From: Desulfobacterales bacterium
Lineage (GTDB): Bacteria; Desulfobacterota; Desulfobacteria; Desulfobacterales; UBA5616
Length of the DNA: 34,086 nt
NCBI GenBank assembly: GCA_046483495.1
Contig: JAWODC010000069.1
Span: 1-34,086 of the forward strand
Direction of reading: 5' to 3'
Below the pieces are notes generated by a model, which searched no databases, was not told the origin of the DNA, and worked only from the letters and a program-made list of their open reading frames with translations. Position numbers and translations under genes: made by a program. Below, piece after piece: positions 8,203-16,090 of the stretch (position 1 is its first letter; every line of letters starts with the position of its first letter).

Positions 8203-9329
8203 ACCGGAGGGTGCTTTTTCGAATGCGGCTTCTCGGAATATTACGCAAGGAGTCGCTTCAGATCCTGAGAGACCCGAGCAGCCTTATCCTGGCTGTCGTG
8301 ATGCCGATCGTTCTCCTGTTCATTTTCGGTTACGGGGTGTCGTTGGATGCGAAACATGTGCCAATCGCCGTCGTTAACCACGATACCGGTGCAAACACCC
8401 GGGCGTTTACGCAGCGCCTGGCGCTGTCGTCTTATTTTGAGCCGGTATTTCTCCAGTCGCTCAGGCAGGCGGAAAACACACTGATGAGTGGGCAAGTTGA
8501 CGCTGTTTTGCACCTGCACGACGAATTCACGAACGATCTCCTGGGCGGCCATCCAGCAAGTGTTCAGCTCATTGTCAACGGTGTGGATGCCAATCGGGCC
8601 CGGCAAATACAAGGTTATGTTCGGGGTATTATCGAGAAATGGGCACTTGTGCAACAGGCCAAAGGAGAACAAGTGCCTGTCGGCCCTGTTGTCGTGGAAC
8701 AGAGAATCCGGTTCAATGAATCAGGAGAGAGCCGGAATTTTCTGGTCCCCGGCTTAATGACGTTGATCATGACGCTGACCGGAACCCTGTTGACCGCATT
8801 GGTGGTGGCGAGGGAATGGGAGCGGGGGACAATGGAAGCCATCCTGGTTACCCCGGTTCGTCGGATCGATTTGCTTTTGGGAAAAGTATTGCCATACTTT
8901 TTTTTAGGTATGCTGGGCATGATTTTCTCCGTAGTGTTCGGCGTTTTTTTGTTTGATGTGCCGTTTCGCGGTTCTGTCGGTGCACTGTTGATCTTGAGTT
9001 CTCTCTTTATGCTGGCTTCATTGGGTCTTGGGCTCATGATTTCCGCAGCGGTTCGGGTACAGTTCGTCGCCGCTCAGATTTCCATTGTGGTCGGGTTTCT
9101 GCCCGCCTTTTTTCTTTCAGGACTTTTGTTCGACCTGGAAAGCACCCCCCGCGTCATTCAAATGATCAGCCGCCTGGTGCCGGCGCGGTATTTCGTATCC
9201 ATCAGCCACACGCTTTTTTTGGCGGGGAATATCTGGGACGTGCTCCGGCCCAATGCCGTTGCCCTGGCGATTATGGCGTTTATTTTCATCAGTATATCTT
9301 ACCGCCGAATGAAAAAACATTTGGAGTAA
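8199..9329 (+). CDS. ybhS: ABC-2 permease (YbhS-like)
   Basis: KESLQILRDPSS, FGYGVSLD, AREWERGTME; multiple TM helices; ATGA overlap with the upstream gene. Confidence 0.9.
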   Translation: MNRRVLFRMRLLGILRKESLQILRDPSSLILAVVMPIVLLFIFGYGVSLDAKHVPIAVVNHDTGANTRAFTQRLALSSYFEPVFLQSLRQAENTLMSGQVDAVLHLHDEFTNDLLGGHPASVQLIVNGVDANRARQIQGYVRGIIEKWALVQQAKGEQVPVGPVVVEQRIRFNESGESRNFLVPGLMTLIMTLTGTLLTALVVAREWERGTMEAILVTPVRRIDLLLGKVLPYFFLGMLGMIFSVVFGVFLFDVPFRGSVGALLILSSLFMLASLGLGLMISAAVRVQFVAAQISIVVGFLPAFFLSGLLFDLESTPRVIQMISRLVPARYFVSISHTLFLAGNIWDVLRPNAVALAIMAFIFISISYRRMKKHLE

Positions 9330-9333
9330 TCAC

Positions 9334-10455
9334 GTGCAGGGACTGCGACGGATCATCATACTTATTTGGAAAGAATTCAAGATGGTGCTCAAGGATCCCA
9401 AAAGCCGGATAGTGGTGGTCGGTCCTCCCCTCATTCAATTTTTCGTTTTCGGGTATGCGGCAACTTTCGATTTGAAGAACGTACGCTATGCCATTCTGGA
9501 TGAGGCGTCCACTACGGAATCGCGGGAGCTGTCGGCACGATTCGAGGCTTCCAAAACCTTTAAGCTCGTCAAGAATCTCTCATCCTGCCATGAAATCGCG
9601 TCTCTTCTCGACAATGGAGAGGTTCGACTGGTCATTCATATCGGTCCGGAATTCAGCCGGAAAATCCATCAGGCTCAAACGGCGCAAGTACAAGTGCTGG
9701 TGGACGGGCGAAATTCCAATGTGGCCATGATGGCGCTTGGCTATGTCGGAACGATAGTGACGGAATACAACCAAAAAATCGCCGCCGCTGAAGAAACCAA
9801 TCAGGATTTACCGGTACTTATGTTGGAAGAGCGGTTCTGGTTCAATCGCAACCTTGAGAGCCGATGGTTCATTATTTCCGCCTTGGGCGGCATTATCAGC
9901 ATGGTGGTGGTGATTATCATAACCAGCCTTTCGGTTGCCAGAGAAAGAGAATTCGGGACCTTCGATCAGCTTTTAGTGGCCCCTTTCAGTCCTGCCGAAA
10001 TTCTGATCGGCAAGTCTATACCGGGAATTGTCTTCGGGTTTTTCGATGCTCTCATATTTTGTATCGGCGCTGTCTACTGGTTCGGCGTGCCGTTCAGAGG
10101 ATCGGTTGCGGATCTGGTTCTGGTGCTTGCCTGCTTTGTCATCGCAATTGTCGGCGTTGGGCTTCTGATCTCTTCTCTGTCCGTTACGATGCAGCAGGCT
10201 CTGTTGGGGTCCTTTGTCTTTATCATGCCCGCCGTCATCTTGTCCGGGTTCACTACCCCCATTGCCAATATGCCCCGCTGGCTTCAGTTTGGGACCTTGA
10301 TCAACCCTCTGCGCTACATTATCGAGGCACTGCGAAGGATCTTTTTGCAGGGAGCGGAAACCGCTTCGATATGGCCGCAGCTTTGGCCGTTGATCATCAT
10401 GGCCTTCGTTACACTGCCGGCGGCAGGGTGGCTTTTTCGACATAGAATGCGATAA
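9334..10455 (+). CDS. ybhR: ABC-2 permease (YbhR-like)
   Basis: GTG start; FGYAATFD, DGRNSN, AREREFGTFDQLLV, LSGFTTPIANMP. Confidence 0.9.
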   Translation: MQGLRRIIILIWKEFKMVLKDPKSRIVVVGPPLIQFFVFGYAATFDLKNVRYAILDEASTTESRELSARFEASKTFKLVKNLSSCHEIASLLDNGEVRLVIHIGPEFSRKIHQAQTAQVQVLVDGRNSNVAMMALGYVGTIVTEYNQKIAAAEETNQDLPVLMLEERFWFNRNLESRWFIISALGGIISMVVVIIITSLSVAREREFGTFDQLLVAPFSPAEILIGKSIPGIVFGFFDALIFCIGAVYWFGVPFRGSVADLVLVLACFVIAIVGVGLLISSLSVTMQQALLGSFVFIMPAVILSGFTTPIANMPRWLQFGTLINPLRYIIEALRRIFLQGAETASIWPQLWPLIIMAFVTLPAAGWLFRHRMR

Positions 10456-10686
10456 ATTTCGGTTTACAAGGGCCGGTCCATCTTCCGGCTTTTTCCCTCA
10501 TCCCACTCACACGCCTATTTTGAGCAGCAACGCGGTATGATACCTGTTTTCCGCATTTTCACCTCAGCAGGACTCCTTCCCGCTAACATTTTAATACGAA
10601 TACATTTCCGAATGGGTTATACCGATGCAGTCGATTTTTGCCGCGGCATTTACTTGACAAAAAAAGCTGTGGAAATTATCTGAAGG

Positions 10687-11139
10687 ATGGCTGTTGCTGG
10701 TCAGACCATAAGAGATGTCCCCCTGTCATCGTTGGGGATTTCAATACTTGCAGTCAGTCGGGGCGGGCGCATCTATTATGAGCCCGAGCCGAATTTCAGG
10801 CTTTTTCCGGCGGACCGTCTGCTGCTCATGGGGCCTCCTTCCGGACTAAAAGATGCCGAAGGCATACTCAACCGGATCGAAGGGCCGGATCAAGCTGAAG
10901 ATTTCGACCGCTTCAGTATTGCGGAAATCGAGGTTTCGGCCGATTCGGACATCGCAGGCCGGACCCTATCGGATCTTCAGTTCCGCCAGTCCTGCGGCGC
11001 GACACTGGTAGGGATTCGAAGAGGAAAAAAGCAGATCACGAATATCAATCCATCCATGCATTTAGAAGCCGGAGATCGCCTGATCGTTATCGGAAAAGCC
11101 GAGGCGATCACCGACTTGAAAAAAGAAGCGCCGTTATAA
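10687..11139 (+). CDS. Tandem TrkA-C (RCK-C) domain protein, possibly a 5'-truncated fragment
   Basis: Two repeats, AGQTIRD...ILAVSRGG...PEPNFRLFPADRLLLMG and AGRTLSDL...LVGIRRG...LEAGDRLIVIG. The first repeat lacks its opening strand. Confidence 0.7.
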   Translation: MAVAGQTIRDVPLSSLGISILAVSRGGRIYYEPEPNFRLFPADRLLLMGPPSGLKDAEGILNRIEGPDQAEDFDRFSIAEIEVSADSDIAGRTLSDLQFRQSCGATLVGIRRGKKQITNINPSMHLEAGDRLIVIGKAEAITDLKKEAPL

Positions 11140-11236
11140 CGATCTAAACGATCCCAACGATCTAAACGATCCCAACGATCTAAACGATAATAACGATCTA
11201 AACGATCTAAACGCTAATAACGATCCCAACGACCCG
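11138..11236. repeat. Heterogeneous 9-bp tandem repeat, 11 copies (AACGATNNN)
   Basis: Units end CTA, CCC, CTA, CCC, CTA, AAT, CTA, CTA, then AACGCTAAT, AACGATCCC, AACGACCCG. The array begins within the stop codon of the TrkA-C ORF. Confidence 0.95.
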
Positions 11237-11373
11237 AATCCACACCCATCGATAATACATGAATCACCCTATTTATTTTTTCCAGGCGGCTCAGTAAAAA
11301 AGGTTGCCTTCAAAAATGAAGCCGGAAGGAAAATCTCGAATTTGCAACGCACCCATGAGTGAAAAGGAATGAG

Positions 11374-11952
11374 ATGATTAAAGCTATTTTTATCAACGGA
11401 AATGCCATGTCCGGAAAAGAGGAGTTTGTCGCCGCTGTGAGGAAGATCGCAGAAAATCATGGTATTGTGGTCTGCAATCCATCGATAACCGAATCGGTAA
11501 AATTCGCGTGCAATCGCCTTGGAGTGGATGTCGAACCTGTCACCAATAAAAAACGAAAATTATGGAAAGATGTTAAGAAGGCATGGAGTGAATACAATGA
11601 CGGACCGTTTCGGGAAACCGTCAAATGCATCGACAGCTTGAACCGGTCAAATCATCATATCCTGTTCGTGGATGTCGAGGAGCCGGAAGAATTCCGACGA
11701 TTCAAAGAATACTACAGGGATGAATGCCTTACGGTGCTGATCCGTAAACATTCACAGACGCATTTTCTCAGAGAGAAGGACCAGCCGCACAAGCAGGAAT
11801 TCGAATACGATCGGGTTATCGTAAACTACGGGGATTTGGATCTCCTGGAGGAAGAAGCAAGGCTTCTTTTCAAGCACCTGATGCAGAGGCGTTATGGTGC
11901 GGCGACGTTTCCGATGGAGAAATCGAATCGGGCGGATGCGATGAATATATAA
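11374..11952 (+). CDS. P-loop protein resembling phage-type (deoxy)nucleoside monophosphate kinases
   Basis: N-terminal IFINGNAMSGKE (Walker A-like), ILFVDVEEPEE and C-terminal YDRVIVNYGDLDLL. ATG 11374 follows AAGGAA; GTG 11359 is an alternative start. Confidence 0.55.
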   Translation: MIKAIFINGNAMSGKEEFVAAVRKIAENHGIVVCNPSITESVKFACNRLGVDVEPVTNKKRKLWKDVKKAWSEYNDGPFRETVKCIDSLNRSNHHILFVDVEEPEEFRRFKEYYRDECLTVLIRKHSQTHFLREKDQPHKQEFEYDRVIVNYGDLDLLEEEARLLFKHLMQRRYGAATFPMEKSNRADAMNI

Positions 11953-11985
11953 CCGATTTCGTAATGGTAACCCTATAGAGGGGAA

Positions 11986-12441
11986 TCAAACAGTTGATGA
12001 AAGATCGATTGGGTCCACCGGGGCACAACGGCACGGCACCCGATCCGGTTTTCGCCGAATCGCCTGTAAAAGCCGATTCATATCACCACCCTTGCTGTGA
12101 TATTCCGATGCCCCGGCAGCGATCATCTCCAAGGCGAACTCATCGGACTCGGACATCGATAATGCGATGATTCGAATATGCGGCAATTCCGTGTGAATGA
12201 CACGTGTCGCCTCTATCCCGCTGACCTTCGGCATGTTGATATCCATTAAAATGACTTCCGGAATCAATTGCCTGGCAAGTTTCACAGCCTCTTCACCATC
12301 CGAGGCTTCCCCAATCACCGCGATATCGGAATGAAGTTCGATCATCCCGCAGAGGCATTCACGCATCACCGGATGGTCATCAACGACCAGGACACGGACT
12401 TTTTCAGGATGCGGGGTGTTCAGGATGGTTTCAAGCGTCAT
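11986..12441 (-). CDS. Single-domain response regulator (NarL-type receiver, no output domain)
   Basis: VLVVDDH, ILMDINMP (phospho-Asp), ALS, GASEYHSK; ends shortly after the receiver. Confidence 0.9.
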   Translation of the reverse strand: MTLETILNTPHPEKVRVLVVDDHPVMRECLCGMIELHSDIAVIGEASDGEEAVKLARQLIPEVILMDINMPKVSGIEATRVIHTELPHIRIIALSMSESDEFALEMIAAGASEYHSKGGDMNRLLQAIRRKPDRVPCRCAPVDPIDLSSTV

Positions 12442-12662
12442 GGTGCTGATTACATAGGCCGTTGATTGGAATCTGTCAATACATTTTTTTCAGTTATTCT
12501 AATTAGATAAAAGAAGCAATCCGGTTTATTGACAGCAGCTTGAATTGTCGAATTGTTCATAACTGCGCAACTTGTTGAAAATGTATCTAAATTGCGGGAT
12601 GGTGAATGTTCATAACGTGTTCATGCATTTCGGGTATTGTAAGGCGGCAAGCGGCCGTATAC

Positions 12663-14141
12663 CTAATTGCGTCGAATACTGCCAAGGAGCAGATCGATAT
12701 TGTCCCCTTTGTTGCGATATTCAGATGCCCCGGCGGCGATCATTTCATCAGCCTGCTCTTCTTCGCCGTACATCGACAATGCAATGACACGAATGTGCGG
12801 AAATTCAGCATGGATTATCGGTGTGGCTTCCAGACCGCTCATATTCGGCATGTTGATATCCATCAGAATGACATCCGGTAAAAGGTCCCGGGTCAATTGA
12901 ACGGCTTCTTCGCCATCGGACGCCTCACCGACAATTTCGATATCGGGGTAAATGGCGAGCATTTTCGAGAGACCCTCTCGCAATACCGGGTGATCGTCCA
13001 CTACCAAAACCGATATTTTATCACCGGCGCGGGTTTCCAAAGCAGATTGCTCGATGCCGTTCCTGCTTGATATATCCAGCTTTATGGGAATCGTCAGCGT
13101 AATTATCGTTCCCGTACCGGCGCAGCTTTTTATCTCGATGTCTCCGCCGAAATTCAACAGTCGTTCACGGATATCGGTCAACCCGAACCTGCGCCGGGCA
13201 TCCTTCGGTGTCCATACCGTTTCGGGGTTGAAGCCCACCCCCTTATCGCTGAGGGTTATCTGCAAATTTCCATTTTTTCGTTTTACCCCGAGCGTGGCGA
13301 ATTTCGTACCGGCGTGTTCCAGGACATTGAGCAGCAGCTCGCAAGCAGAGTGGTACACCAGGATAATCACTTCGCGCTTTTGAAGGTACATCCCTTTTTC
13401 GAGGTTGAGGCTAACCGTAAGCCCGTAGTGTTCGAAAAGCCAATCTGAAAGCGCTGTTATCATTGCACAAATATCACCGGTATCAAGAAGAGGCGGTGAG
13501 AGCTGAACCGATAACGAGCATGATGCGTTTATGGACCGGTTTACCAAATCGAGCACGTTCTCAGCCTTCGGCTTCAAACCGTTTTCGATTCCGTGCAGCA
13601 AAAATTCTTGTTCATGCTTGGCGCTGACCATCAACCGGTGAAGATCACGGTCCAACAAATCCGCAATTCGCTCACGTTCCCGGTGTTCGGCCAGAATCAC
13701 TTCGGATGTCAATTGTAAATTCCCGGAAAGGCGAAGCTTTTCTTCCAGCTGTTTGCGGTCGGTGATATCACGCGCAATGGCCACGACAGCCTTGACGGAT
13801 CCATCCGATGCTTTCTCGGGAACGATCCGCATGTCATACCAGCGCTGTTCCTCTGCGGTCTGCCATGTAAACTCCACCTCACGGGGGGACTTTTCCCGGA
13901 AGACGGTGCGATAGGCATCATCCAGAAAAACAGCTATATCTTCCGGAATGTTCAGCCGGCGGTTGTTTTTTCCTGATAATTGTTCCGGTGAAAGGCCGGT
14001 CACCTGCAAGGCGCGGTGATTGGCATAGACATACCGGAGTTCCGAATCGATGCGAAAAATCAAATCCGGTGCCGCATCCAACATGTGTATCAATTGTTGA
14101 ATCCGCTGTTTGTCTGATTCCTGTGCGGATTTACCTGGCAT
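12663..14141 (-). CDS. Hybrid PAS - HisKA_3-type kinase - receiver protein with degenerate H-box
   Basis: PAS/PAC (DAAPDLIFRID...YAN...ARDITDRKQLE), HATPase boxes (ELLLNVLEHA, DKGVGF, GLTDIRER, GTGT) and C-terminal REC. The H-box reads ERERIADLLDRD. Confidence 0.88.
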   Translation of the reverse strand: MPGKSAQESDKQRIQQLIHMLDAAPDLIFRIDSELRYVYANHRALQVTGLSPEQLSGKNNRRLNIPEDIAVFLDDAYRTVFREKSPREVEFTWQTAEEQRWYDMRIVPEKASDGSVKAVVAIARDITDRKQLEEKLRLSGNLQLTSEVILAEHRERERIADLLDRDLHRLMVSAKHEQEFLLHGIENGLKPKAENVLDLVNRSINASCSLSVQLSPPLLDTGDICAMITALSDWLFEHYGLTVSLNLEKGMYLQKREVIILVYHSACELLLNVLEHAGTKFATLGVKRKNGNLQITLSDKGVGFNPETVWTPKDARRRFGLTDIRERLLNFGGDIEIKSCAGTGTIITLTIPIKLDISSRNGIEQSALETRAGDKISVLVVDDHPVLREGLSKMLAIYPDIEIVGEASDGEEAVQLTRDLLPDVILMDINMPNMSGLEATPIIHAEFPHIRVIALSMYGEEEQADEMIAAGASEYRNKGDNIDLLLGSIRRN

Positions 14142-14404
14142 TCATTATCCCCCATCGTAAAAATGAGCGTGCAAAGCGCGCTCTAAAAAACAATTTTAAA
14201 GAATTAAACCGTAATTGACAAGCCCTGAAAACCGTTCCAATCGTTAATCGTTATTTGGATTTTTTTTAAAAAATTTTGTGTCGAATATAATAAGAATAGG
14301 GTAAAATTCAAGTCAATTCGAGAAAATATCCATTCGTCCGGTCCTTCGATACCGAATACCCGGACCGGGAGGAAATGCTATATGAACGGCATTTCCCATA
14401 AAGG

Positions 14405-14550
14405 TAGCATCCATCCAGAAATAGGCAATTTCGCGTGAGTTCAAGGCGGGCGCAAGATCGAAACCGCAGGAATCGTGTGCTATTTTGAGGATTTCGATTT
14501 TGCGTCCAACGCAGAAATCGCGTGAAAGGGCCATTTAGGGATGGACACTA
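14405..14550. mobile_element. 146-bp palindromic MITE-like (ERIC-like) element with TA termini
   Basis: Left end TAGCATCCATCCAGAAATAGGC vs reverse complement of right end TAGTGTCCATCCCTAAATGGC. Inner arms TTTCGCGTGA/TCGCGTGAAA and GGGCGCAAGATCGAAA/TTTCGATTTTGCGTCC. Partial copies at 908 and 2798. Confidence 0.75.
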
Positions 14551-14616
14551 GGTGATGTAGACGAAAAAGGCTTGTCGAACGTCTTTACAGCCGAATACAT
14601 TATCGGAGGGCTTTCA

Positions 14617-16089
14617 ATGAGACGCTCATTCATTTTTCTGGGACTCATCATTGGTTTGGCCGCGGCGGCACAGGGGTTCGGCATGGGTTCGGCTGCTGCT
14701 GAAAACAGGATTTCCTTGAATGACCAAGATGTCCTTGTGCTGGATGCAGGCCCCATACACGAGGCATTCGCCCAGGCCGTTTTGTTGGATCCCGAACCGG
14801 GGATGATCGTATCGGAAAAGCCGCCGGCCTTAATCGAAGAAATTCCGCCGGAACATAAGCCCGACAAAAATGCGGTGTGGATATCCGGTTACTGGGCGTG
14901 GGATGATGAAAGGGGTTTCATTTGGGTGAGCGGCATTTGGCGGGTTCCCCCGCCCGGCCGACGGTGGGTACCGGGATTTTGGAGCCCCGTAACGCAGGGA
15001 CATCAGTGGATTCCCGGTTTTTGGGCTGAAATTGCCCCGGGTACCGCATACCTTCCTGAACCCCCCGGCTCCATAGAGGCGGGCCCCAGCAGTTTAGCCC
15101 CTTCGCCCGAACATTTGTGGATACCGGGGTGCTGGATCCGGCAGTACGGCGGTTACGTATGGCGGCCCGGTTATTGGCGAATGATGCCACCCGACCGGGT
15201 GTGGGTTCCGGCCTATTATATCCGAACTCCCCGCGGATACGTGTATGTAACAGGATATTGGGATTATACGGTAACTTGCCGCGGTGTTCTGTTTTCTCCC
15301 GTTTATGTGCCACCGCGCACACGTGGGTTTTCCTACCGTTATATACCCCGATATCGGATCGATCTGAACATTTTTTGGGGCGATCTGTTTTTGCGGCGTG
15401 GCTGTTTTCATTATTATTTTGGTGATTATTATGCGGCCGGTCATGCTCACAGGCATTTTACACCCTGGCACACGCTGCACTTACAGCGGCGGGTATATGT
15501 CCCTATTCTGGCACATCATAAACGGCATCACCCATCAAACCGGCACCTGTTGGAAAGGGCTTCGAACCGCGGGCACGGCAAGCTCGATTCGGTTCGCGCG
15601 GTTACCCCCAAACACCGCGATTCTTTTCTTCGAAAGGCTTATAAACAGAAGGTGCAGGAATCATACAATCCGAAACATAAAGCCGGGCGACATGAAATTG
15701 AACTCCGGCACAGGGCGGTCCCAGGTTTAGAAAATCGGAGGCCTGGAAAGACGGAAACCCTGAAGCGGAGGCCTGAGGCTCATCTCAGGTCCGATAAGGA
15801 AAAAAGGCCGATTGCCCGAAAGCATCATTCGTATACCGAATACGGGAAACGAACCGGCAAAACCGGGGGAGAGCAGCGCGGCATCGCCGATCGAACACCG
15901 GTCACCCGCAAACACGCCTTCAAAAAAACCAAAAGCGAATCTCATGCCGATAAAATAATTAAAACGAATAGGGCAAATGTTAAAGAGAACCTGATTCGCC
16001 GAAAACTCCCGGCATCCCGCAAAAAGGAGAGCAGGTTGGAAGGTGGCAGACTGCACTACGGAAAACAAGCCGTGCCCACCCGGAAATGA
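14617..16089 (+). CDS. Secreted WxxGxW (YXWGXW) repeat protein with long basic C-terminal tail
   Basis: ATG 14617 after GGAGGG; signal peptide MRRSFIFLGLIIGLAAAAQG; repeats WISGYW, WVSGIW, WVPGFW, WIPGFW, WIPGCW, WRPGYW, WVPAYY, YVTGYW. Confidence 0.8.
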   Translation: MRRSFIFLGLIIGLAAAAQGFGMGSAAAENRISLNDQDVLVLDAGPIHEAFAQAVLLDPEPGMIVSEKPPALIEEIPPEHKPDKNAVWISGYWAWDDERGFIWVSGIWRVPPPGRRWVPGFWSPVTQGHQWIPGFWAEIAPGTAYLPEPPGSIEAGPSSLAPSPEHLWIPGCWIRQYGGYVWRPGYWRMMPPDRVWVPAYYIRTPRGYVYVTGYWDYTVTCRGVLFSPVYVPPRTRGFSYRYIPRYRIDLNIFWGDLFLRRGCFHYYFGDYYAAGHAHRHFTPWHTLHLQRRVYVPILAHHKRHHPSNRHLLERASNRGHGKLDSVRAVTPKHRDSFLRKAYKQKVQESYNPKHKAGRHEIELRHRAVPGLENRRPGKTETLKRRPEAHLRSDKEKRPIARKHHSYTEYGKRTGKTGGEQRGIADRTPVTRKHAFKKTKSESHADKIIKTNRANVKENLIRRKLPASRKKESRLEGGRLHYGKQAVPTRK

Positions 16090-16090
16090 A

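Noticed and set aside
10681..10683. Selenocysteine read-through of the TGA before the RCK-C ORF
   Set aside because: The position is not a conserved Cys site and no convincing SECIS hairpin was identified.
11138..11236. CRISPR array
   Set aside because: The units are 9 bp with no unique spacers, and no cas genes are present.
14165..14183. GAGCGTGC-AAA-GCGCGCTC hairpin as a terminator
   Set aside because: It lies upstream of a gene start, has no proper U-tract after the stem on either strand, and no gene ends there.
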